From the NCBI RefSeq assembly GCF_009914755.1, contig NC_060928.1: a DNA stretch of 64,000 nucleotides. One strand, 5' to 3'. The notes under the pieces are model-generated. The model was not told the DNA's origin and did no database searches. It saw only the letters and a list, made by a program, of their open reading frames with translations. Shown here piece after piece: positions 53,079 through 64,000 of the stretch. Source of the stretch: the human T2T-CHM13v2.0 reference genome, Homo sapiens. Positions within the stretch are counted from its first letter, which is position 1. Every line of letters starts with the position of its first letter. Position numbers and translations under genes: made by a program.

Positions 53079-55704
53079 GGGAGAGTGCACCACTTCCACA
53101 GGCAACATTTTATTTTCTGCTGCTTCTCCCTAGGCTTATCATGAATAGCTCTTGGAGTCTGAGACTTTCAAAGTCAGCCCTGTAAGATCTACGCTAGTGC
53201 CAGGAAGTAGTGTTCTAGGAGCCAGTGCCATCACAGAAGACAAGATATGATCACTTTGCTTAATTTATCTCTTATTGTCTGTGGCAATTAATGATTTCTC
53301 AAAATATATTTTTCTTTCTTTTTGTTTTGTTAGTATTTTGGCAGAGATAAGAAAATATACGTCCTTTCAAACTGCCAATTATATTTTATCTTTCCACTTG
53401 GTTGTCTGATCCTGTAGCAACGAGGTCATAACCCATTTTAAAATTAAACGTTGGATCTTGACCTGAATTTTACTACTAGAAGAAACTTTAAATTTATCAC
53501 TTTTTGTTCCATGGCTTTTTGTTGATTTCTTTTTTGAGTGAGTTGCCACAAAGCAGGTGTAACAGCAAGTGGTCAGTCCACTCAGCATATAGGTTTAGTC
53601 ATAGTCAAAGAAGATGAGAAGCATTGTATTAGATTTTGACATTAAATATTCCCAGAAGGACAGTTCACATTTTCCTGTCTGAAGAGGTATTACTTATGAG
53701 TGCTTCAATTTTTATTGTAATCCTTGATGCAGCTCAAATCAACAGAAGGATAGCTTTAGGAATGAAAGATGGAGTTTGCACTAGCATTGTCTGATATTCA
53801 CTCAACCTCAGATTGACAGTAATAGATTGTTACTAGGGTGTGCAGAGTTCACTGCAAAGAATTATATGTCTTTTCTGTCCTTGGCTGTGAAGTTAGGCTA
53901 CGTCCACAGAATTTAACTTTTTATTAGTTTTCAGAACATCACTTTAAAACTATGTTAAACTATAATACAAGATCTGGAATATTATCCTTGCCTTTTATTA
54001 AATTTTCCAGTTTACAAGGTAAATAAGAAATCATTGAAATTAAATTCAAATAGTTAAAGGTTTTCTAATTTTGGTAAAGAAAAAAATTGTAACAGCTCAC
54101 TGCATTGTGCTACAAAGAGTAGAACAAGGGCAAACTGAATACAGTTCCCTAATCGCAATTCTGTACATTTAACAATCAAATGTATTAATTTGCTTTAGTA
54201 TACTTATTCTTTATGCACAGCTGCAAGCATATATTTTTATGGATTCAATAAATGAAAAAGAATACAAGCAGTATTGTAATGAAAAATATTTATTTATATA
54301 GTGTTATTTAAATGATAAAACATCAAGTTATTGCATTTAAAGTATTGAAATTCTAGTCCTTGGCAGGTTGTTTAGCTATATATTATTTAGATTTTTATTT
54401 GTTTATTTGTAATATAAAAGTGGTTAACCTAGATTGATATTTATTGTGTTTTTGTTTTTGAAATTATAAATATTGTCATTTTACATATGTGAATTACAGT
54501 AAAATATATTAAATTATGAATATAATCAATTTCATCCACTGCCTTGAACTCCCTAGAGAATAAACTGAACAATATTATAAAGCGTTTTTGCATAAATTCT
54601 AAAGAGTTCCAAATTATAAATCACTTTTATTCCCAAAAGTATCATTTTAATGCAATTTATTAAATAATAACAGAATCTAAGTTGAGTAATAATGTCCCCT
54701 ACTCATTTATGTCACATTTTAATTTTAAAAAGCTGGCAAACTATATTATCATTAGTGTACAAGTCTCTAGGTCATGGACTATGGCAAATTCATAAATATG
54801 TTTGTAATTCTGTTTTAGCTTTTTAAAGATTGATTAGAATGCCACACAACAACATCTAAGTGTCGTTAATATTTTCAAAAAGTATATATTAAAGAATTAT
54901 TTACCAAGCCTCCTGTATGTGTATATATGTATGTACATATACACTTACATACGTATATATGTGTGTAATAAAAATATAGTGATATTTATTAATATTTGAG
55001 AATGTTGACTTCCAAACCACTAAATAAAACTAGCAAAGTATAATTTTTCTCAGTATTATTGAGTATCACCAAATGGCATTTTGGGAATTTTTATGGGTTT
55101 CTAAAAATATCTCATTCTATGTTACCTGTAAAATTTTACTTTTGAGTTCACTATAGTTTGAGTGTTATTAGAAAGTAGAGGAAGTGTCCTCACCGTGCAC
55201 TTTACATTGAAATGGATTGGGGAAAATATGAAACCTGAAAAAAAAATGGACTTCCATGTGATAAAAAGAAACTCTTGATTTGCATCACATATCAACAGCA
55301 CCTATTGTTTGGAAAGCAAAAGTGCACATTCCAAAATGTCAAGAAGCAGAACAAGTCAAGGATGGAAAACATAGGAAAAAGGCAGAGGGTTACTAGCTTC
55401 AGAGAACTAGGTTAAATGTGATGGAAGAGCAAATGCTAGTAACACTGTCGAAAAGAGCAAAGCACAGAAGTTTTAGATGATAGTGTCAAAAATGTGACCT
55501 TAGCAATTTCAAAAAGAGATAATATAAAAGGGTATTCCTAGAAATGCCTCAAGTGGCCTCAGCCTGCAAGGCAGGAGAAGGACCATCACTACCGCCTACA
55601 CAATGAAGTTCCACGAGACAAAGAAATTAAAAGAGAAATGGCAGGACTGGACAGTGCACAGAAATCCTAAAGGAAACAGAAGTAACTTATGGAAGCAATA
55701 TTTA

Positions 55705-56157
<453 letters not shown>

Positions 56158-56779
56158 CTATTCATCTTTAGCTGGAGTTGCTCACCTTCCTGAGAAGGCT
56201 GATTTTTTTCAGGTCAGACAAATTGAGGAAACAGTTCTACAACTTAAAGAAAAAAGTGTTATAGTTTTTTTTTTTACATCAAAAAATTGTCTCTGTTATA
56301 TTCAGAATTTTGGAAGTGTTGGAAATTTTAGAGGTCCCTCTAGTAGAGCTTTTCTCAAGAGACACACCACCCTGGGGATCACACTTTTATAATTTTCCCC
56401 TCTAATTATGGTGGTGTTTCTCCTATATCCCCCACTACTTGCAAATGTCTCTTTGTATTAACGGTGACTTAGTTCACCTGCTGTCTCTCCCTTAGCTAGG
56501 GGTCCGTGGAAGATTAGACAGGAAAAAAAAATTAATTATTCAAGATTTTCTTAAATAATTTGTGTAAGAAAACATAAGAATAAAGATCTATCACTTCAAT
56601 TAAACAATTTCTTCCCTAATATTCCTGAGAAATATTTATAAAATTTTTCTTGGAAATACTAGCAAGGAGGTATTTGCTGTTTTCTCAAAGCAGTGGCTAC
56701 CATCTTGGGGCAGTTCTAATGGCTAGAAATTGCCTTCTTTTAACTTCTTCTGGTCTTCAATCTTTTGTTAATGATCTTC

Positions 56780-56900
56780 TGGAGACATTAAAAGGCATTG
56801 AATATACTGGTGTGAACAAATCAAACATAGTTCTTGCCTTCATAGAGCTTACAATTTAGAGGAAGAGGAAGGCATTAAACAAAACACTCAGAAAAATAAC
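56780..56900 (-). mobile_element. L2 3' fragment
   Basis: gtgaacaaatcaaacatagttcttgccttcatagagcttacaatttag. Confidence 0.7.
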
Positions 56901-59431
56901 TAACCCAGATGTCAACTGGGGCTTCACGTTCCTTGAGAAGGACTGGGCTCGAATCTTATTCCACTCTCCAAGGGTGATGTCCAGAATCTCCCCCTAGATT
57001 GCGGCACATTGCGGATGCCTTTGTGGCATTTTGTCCCTAGAATTGAGCTCCTACTTTCTCTCCTACTGCTCTGCAGTAAATGATGCAGATGGGACAGATA
57101 ACGCTTTTCCTTAATTCTCACTTACAGAAAAATAAAACTCACAAAGCACCTCTCTATTTGAGAAAGATTCTAAAGAAGAATTTTAAGAAAGGCAAAGGGT
57201 AATTTTGCAGTGCACCTTGGAAAATTTCTTCAAATGAAGCATTATTTACAGAATTGTCTTACGACTTTTTAACTTGACTGAAATTTCAGAGAGAACGGGG
57301 CAGAGCTGGACGGTACCAAAGCGTCTCTTGCTCAGCAGCCTCTGTTATGTATGTGTGTGCATAATGTCTGCACGAGGGGGTGTGTGGAGGTGTTTGTTAG
57401 TTATCACTAAAATGTAATTGAAAATAATGTACACACAAAAGAAGATGTATTTTATGTATACATTTGAATTATAATAATAAAATGTCAAAATTACATTTTA
57501 AAATGATAGTGGTACAGGTTTCTCCTGGTATTTTTCTCAATATTGTCTTTATACATTTTGTGGTAGGCTACTAGCAGCATTCAAGTTTAGAGTTTTTGTT
57601 TTTGCTTTTGTGTTCTGAAACTTTTATAAACAGCATGGCCAATCTATGAGAACCTTTATCTAAAATTTTGTTTGGGGTTATTTGGTTGATGCAGGTAATA
57701 TGAGCAATCACTCCTAGCTCAAGTGACTGTTAATTTACATCTGGCAATTTCCATGAGGGACGTTTCTGTTTCGTCATGTTATTCTTCATGAGGGTCAACA
57801 GCCAAGCCATCCTCTGTCTAATTGAGATGGTTGTTCATGTTTTTGCTTTGCCTGTTTCAGCCACTAAAGTTCTCCTTTGAGGGGTCTTGAATTCAGGCAG
57901 GGATTTTTGCCCAGTCTCACATTCGGCTGAGGCCTATGCAATTGATCAGAAGGTCTTTAACACACAACCTCTTGAATGCCAGATAACGGCAGATACTCCT
58001 AGAGAGAATACATCTTCCTTCTAATTTACCTTTGTGATTTTTGTTTTCTTGCCTTATGTAACCTCTGCATAACTCCTGTGGTCTTGCTACTATCTTGGCC
58101 ATGTTTAAAAATAATTTTTAAAAAACTGTATTAATAATTAATATATATTAATGTGTTGTGTGTTGGGTCACTCTCACCATATAGCTCACCATTTTTCAAG
58201 AAATGAAAGAAAGTCCACATGTATCCTTTTGTCTACTGTCGTTGGTCTTTCTCACTGACCCTTCACACATCCGGTCTTAGGCTTCCATCATCATTGAGTC
58301 TTCTTCCTCCCTTGGTTGCCGAAGTAAATTCCTTTCCTTGATCCGTGAAGAGTCGTGTGTGAGTCTTCTTTCAAGATGAGTTCCAGCCAGGCCCTTAGGA
58401 TCACCTGGCTTAGGTCTTTCCCTACACCTTACCAAACCAAACCAAACTAAGCCAAACCACTCTCTAAGCTAATGCTAGAGCCACCAGTTAAAATAAAATT
58501 TAACTTCTCATACCCATATAAGACTCATAATTACAAATAATTATACATTCTGTGAGGAAAATCATAGATTTTCATGGCAGAAAATAACGGGTGAATTATT
58601 TGGTTTGGTGGATCGTGGAAAACCTCTTTGAACCAATACTTTATTTTGATTATTCTGGAAAACCTGGAATTTATGTAATTCCTCATCTGCATATTTGAAA
58701 TTCAAGTATCCAAAGTCAGCTTATAGTTTTGTTCTTTCCTCTCCTTGGAATTGTTCAACTTTTCTTGAACAATTCTGCAAAGAATTTCCTAACCAGATAG
58801 TTCACAATCCTAGTCACCTGAGCTGGAAATACACTAATATTTATCTGTTTATGTAACATATTCAGATCAAGCAGAAACTCTTGAATTTGGTTATTACAGA
58901 AAGCAGTAGAATTATACTACTATTTTCCTTGATCTGTAAACTCTGTTTTCATGAATACAGCCCCAAGATTTCTTTTACTTTTAAGCTGATCTGCAAAGAG
59001 TTTTTAGTCAATTATTCATAAGGTTTATAGCAATTTATTTTATAAAACTAAATTCTATAAATTATCATTAATATCAATAATTATGTTTGATTACATATAT
59101 TACATGAATTATTCATCTCAGATTTGTGATGTCTGAAAATTAAACATATTTTGATATTTATAAGAACTGCTAATAGACTGATATAAGCCTGAAAAGTAAG
59201 ACACTTTGTATAATGTTCTATAGCTAAACATGATCAACTTTTTCTCCTTTTTTTCACGAGTCATCGTAATTACTTGGATACAAAGATAAAATATTTTAAA
59301 ATGAATATCCTTTGTATGGCCATTTAGCTAAATAGAATCTATAGTACTTATGTTCTACTTATTTTCTAGCTAGTATTCTTTTGTTAGATACAGTAATTTG
59401 TAAACATTTCTGTTAAAATGCATGGATATTA

Positions 59432-59798
59432 TATACAGTGGACTGAGGGCTTGTGTTTCCTCAAAATTCATATGTTGAAATCCCAACCCCTCAAAGTGAT
59501 AGTATTAGGAGATGAGGACTTTAGAAGGTAGTTAGGTCACGAGGGTAGAGCCCTCATACATAGAATTAGTGCCCTTATGAATTAGATCCCAGACAGCAAT
59601 CTAGTAGTCTTTTCTACCACATGAGTACATGTCAAGTTGGCAGTCTGCAACCAGGAAGGGTGCCCTCACCAGAACCCAATCATGCTGGCACCCTGATTTC
59701 AGACTTTTGGCCTCCAGAACTACAAAAAATAAATTTCTGTTTTTATAAGCCATCCAGTCTGTGGTATGTTGTTATAGCAGCCAGAATGAACTAAGAAA
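59432..59798 (+). mobile_element. MLT1A0-like solo LTR
   Basis: aaattcatatgttgaaatcc...ccctcaccagaacccaatcatgctggcaccctgatttcagactt...ttgttatagcagcc. Confidence 0.88.
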
Positions 59799-62180
59799 TT
59801 TTATCTATCTGGTTTCCAAAACCTCAGTATATTACATCGATCCAAAAAAATATGTGTGATTGGCTTGCCATGTCTTGATTTATGCATATATCCTTCTAAG
59901 GATCATTTTTAATTACTAATATTTTGTAATCATTAAAAATTAGTGTGCTCACCAGCAAATAGGTTATACAAAGAGTGCTGGAAATATTCCTTCAAAAACC
60001 ACTATTTCAGATTTATGTTATGTTCAATAGCTGTCTTTTAAAAAAAACAATTATTTTTTAGAAGTGTAGCAAAAAAAAAAAAAAAGAAATAAAAAAATGT
60101 GGTCAGATTCACTAAACAGTGAATTTAGGATTTTATGAGATTATTTATTCTGTTTAGTCTATCATTTTTTGAATAACAGTTTCTACAAAAATAGAGATAA
60201 AATAATAAACTTTGAAAATCACTGTTAATGTGACTGATGATTTGACTTTAGTTAAAATGTTACCTTTACTATAATAGATTAATATCGAATCACCATAATA
60301 AAAATAAAAACTTTACAAGCAAAGGTACTTGCTGACATTAATAGAATGAGCTTTCATTTATATTGTGAGTTTATTCTCTTAGGGTGATGTTTGAAAGAGA
60401 GTCCAAGGAAATATTTAAAATTTCCCCCCTTTTTTAAATTTAAGAATGCCTTTCTTTTAAATATGTAACTGATCAGAAGTGGTTTTTTAGGTGAATATTA
60501 TCTTAGTTTATGATAAAATAATAAATCTTAGGATTTTCAAATGAATACAAATTTATCTATATTTCGTACATGAATTCACAACATTAACATATCATTTTAT
60601 CATGTACATATTAACAATGCAATTTTCCCTTTACATTACTTTATTTCTGGAAAAGTTGAAATAATTGCCAGAAATACAGAAAATTTAGTCGTGTTCTTTT
60701 TGTCTGTTGGCCAATATATCACTTAGTTGTCGGGTAGTTTATGAAATGGTAATGAACATTTTACTTTATTCTAGTTTACCAGTAAACTGCACCATAAATT
60801 CAACTTCCATCCACACAATTCATCATTCACATGGCGTAATGTGGGTTTACAGGTGACAAAAAATAATTAGGCTAGAAAAGAGTAACTATGTTTTACAGGC
60901 TTACAGTTTTTACTGAAACCCATTTGCTGCAACTGTGATGAAAGAAATACAGACTTTGAGACCCTGAACTACTCTATGAATATAAGCAATGGTGTATTAT
61001 AACAAAAAATATGAAATTAGTGTGTTTATATAAATTATTTAAGTCCCATAAAATAAATTATTTTATACTATTGTAATCAGAGCAGTAAAAGTTGGCAAGT
61101 GATATAAACTTAGCTTAAGTTATGATACCACTGAAATATTAATTCTTATTTGATACGTTTTACACAGGACCAAGCCAATATATCATAAATGATAAAGCGT
61201 ACATATAATCTAAAGTAATTAATAATTTCAAACATTTCATTCCTACTCTAATGACAACAATGATAACAATGATAATGATTTGGATGTAATGGCATCATTG
61301 CATAGATAAGTGTACCAGAACTTTTTCATAAGTATGTAATTCCACAGTGATTGATTGAATTTTATTAATCACAGCACAATATTTTCATTGAAATTTTGGC
61401 TTTTGGTCATAAATTTCAAAAAAAATTAAATTTTGGTTAGACACTCTGCTATGACTATGCTGAAATTAAACATTTGAAAAAGTAATAAAGCAAATAAAAT
61501 TAGCAGATATAAATAAAATGAACTGCCTTGTTTTCTATGATTTCCATTGTTGGAAGATATAATAAGATATTAGCTGATTATTTTACACTGAAATCATGCA
61601 GACAGGTCATTCCTTTCTATGTGCCAATAAGAGTAGCTTGAAAATATATTTTTTTAGTTGCCTGAAGAAAAGCAGACTAGAGAAAGAAGTATAAAAGAAC
61701 CAAATATTTTACCTGGTAGAGTAGATATTCAACAAGTTACCCATGCACATTCCAAATACATCGAAATTAGATATGGAGAACTGAAACTATAATTTATAGA
61801 TGCCATTCAAATGCACTACATCTTATAACTATAGCATTATTCCAAAGCACATTTTCTTCATGTGTAGCTGAACTATATTTCCTATGCTTGGAAAATTGAC
61901 AAAATTTGTAGAAAATAAAAATATCATGAAACATTGGAATAAATGCAAATTTTTCCATAGAATAAAATAATACCTAATTAATGACAGATGTTTTTATTGC
62001 GGAAGAAAGTATGCAGACAAATGGTTACTGTTGAAATAATTTGCTTAGACTTCCATGTAATTCTGCAGTACTCTAAGATAATTTAAATTTAACTTAGAAT
62101 GTAAATTTTGGAATGGATAAGATATTCATTTATAATTCAATAAATACTTGAGCACCAGTTTCAGGCAATGTTGAAAGTAC

Positions 62181-63232
62181 TTTTTTAAAAAAAATAATTT
62201 CCATAGGTTTTTGAAGAACAGGTGGCATTTAGTTACATAAATTCTTTAGTGATGATTTGTGAGATTTTGGTGCACTCATCACCTGAGCAGTATACACTGA
62301 ACTCAGTTTGTAGTCTTTTATCCCTCACCTTCTTTCCACCCTTTCATCCAGAGTCTGCAAAGCCCATTGTATAATTCTTATAACTTTACATTCTTATAGC
62401 TTAGCTCCTACTTATAAGTGAGAACATATGATGTTTGGTCTTCCATTCCTGAGTTACTTCACTTAGAATGATAGTCTCCAATCTCATGCAGGTTGCTGTG
62501 AATGCCATTAACTCATTCCATTTTATGGCTGAATAATATTCTATCACATATATCATTTTTGCAATTGTGAATAGTGCTGCTATAAACATGTGCGTGCAAG
62601 TATTTTTTTTTTTCTACAATGACTTCTTTTTCTCTGGTAGATATCCAGTAGTAGGATTGCTAGATCAAATAGTAATTCTACTTTTAGTTCTTTAACAAAT
62701 CTTCACACTGTTTGCCATAGCGGTTGCACTAGTTTACATTTCCACCAGCAGTATAGAAGTGTTTCTTATTCGCTGCATCCACACCAACATCTATTATTTT
62801 TTGATTTTTTGATTATGGCCATTCTTACAAGAGTAAGGTGGTATCATCAGATTGTGGTTTTGATTTGCATTTCCCTGATCATTAGTGGTGCTGAGCATTT
62901 TTTCATATGTTTATTGGCCATTTGTATATCTTGTTTTGAGAATTGTCTATTCATGTCCTTAGCCTGCTTTTTGATGGAATTGTTTGCTTTTTTCTTGCTA
63001 AGTTGTTTGAGTTCATTATAGGTTCTGGATATTAGTCCTTTATTGGTTGTATAGATTGTAAAGATTTTCTCCCACTCTGTGACTGCTGACTGTGCCTTTT
63101 GCCATGCAAAAACTCTTTAGTTTAATTAAGTCCAACCTATTTTTCTTTGTTTTTATTGCATTTGCTTTTGGTCTCTTGGTCTTGAATTCTTTGCCTAAGC
63201 CAATGTCTAGAAGGAGTTTCCTGATGTTATCA
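62181..63232 (-). mobile_element. L1PB1-like 3' portion
   Basis: tttccataggtttttgaagaacaggtgg...gagattttggtgcac; ORF 62401-62589 MFIAALFTIAK...LETIILSEVTQEWKTK, with an internal deletion near 62550. Confidence 0.88.
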
Positions 63233-63660
63233 TTGATTTTTCTCTAGTGTTTTCCTCTTTGAAACGTGATTTATTTTTAAAATCTTATCTTTATAATTTT
63301 ATTCTTTCTGCTTGCTTTGGGCTTAATTTACTTTTATTTTTCTACTTCCTGAATGTAAAAGTTTAGTTAATTAGAAGTTTTTTAAAAAATAATATAATTG
63401 ATTGCTATAAATTTCCCCAAAAATGCTACTTTATTTGCATATCATAAATTTTAATTCATGGCATTTCAACTTAATTCAAAATATTTCATAATTTCTTTAT
63501 AATTTTCTCTTATATGGTTTTTTTTAAATGTGTGTCATCAGGCCTATATGTTTTTTAGAAATGTGTTGCCTAATTTTTAATTGTTTACAGATCTATCATT
63601 TTCTGTTACTGATTTCTAACACAATTCTATTATACTCGGGAAATACTTTTTTCAAATACT
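63233..63660 (-). mobile_element. Old L1M ORF2 fragment
   Basis: ttctgcttgctttgggcttaattt; gctataaatttcccc; ttctgttactgatttcta. Confidence 0.6.
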
Positions 63661-64000
63661 TCTAATTGTGTAGGGCTTATATTATATCTTTCATTCTTTA
63701 CTTGGTAACTAATGGCTCCAAAAATGTTGCACTGCTTTGTATGTAGTATGAGAATCTTATAACTAAATATTCCTAATCCTCATCTCCCATGTTTTGGGTT
63801 ACTTTTTAAATTACATTTTTGCTTTTATTTATAAACTCACAATACTACTTTTTTTAAATCAGTGCTCAATTTTCTATTAGATAAATTAATATATCAAAAT
63901 ATTTATACTTATATTCATTTTAACTGTTAATAGTGATCTTTATTACCTTGTTTACATCCATATATGTATGTGTGTGTGCATCTATCATGTACCTATTATC

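Noticed and set aside
56332-56345. Second CTCF-like match (minus strand CTACTAGAGGGACC)
   Set aside because: Mismatches at key core positions and no CpG context.
57295-57325. REST/RE1-like half site ggacggtacc
   Set aside because: Left half TTCAGCACC is absent and the right half is imperfect.
57921-58433. Possible minus-strand splice pair (donor TTG|GTAAGG at 58433; acceptor ttctctctag before 57998)
   Set aside because: Such motifs are common by chance; there is no recognisable product or transcript evidence, so it cannot be called an exon from sequence alone.

Overview
AT-rich, gene-poor primate (human-like) DNA, either intergenic or deep intronic. It is dominated by transposable-element remnants: Alu (Y, S, J/FLAM), L1 (L1PA, L1PB, old L1M/HAL1-like), L2, MIR, MaLR (a complete THE1B provirus, THE1D, MLT1), ERV1/ERVL LTRs and MER58/MER44 DNA transposons. 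No protein-coding gene, RNA gene or CRISPR-like array can be supported; the ORF track is repeat-derived or chance. I found no evidence of a new biological system. The most informative structures are: (1) an L1PA7-like insertion carrying a ~186 bp 3' transduction, with a second poly(A) signal and tail inside a 16-19 bp target-site duplication (TSD); (2) a 5'-inverted L1 that appears to lack most of ORF2; (3) several AT-rich fold-back/template-switch structures; (4) a CpG-retaining CTCF-like site at ~53.06 kb; (5) a CpG-retaining domain at 55.6-58.6 kb suggesting germline hypomethylation. Repeat subfamily names come from my recall of consensus sequences, and boundaries of old repeats are approximate.
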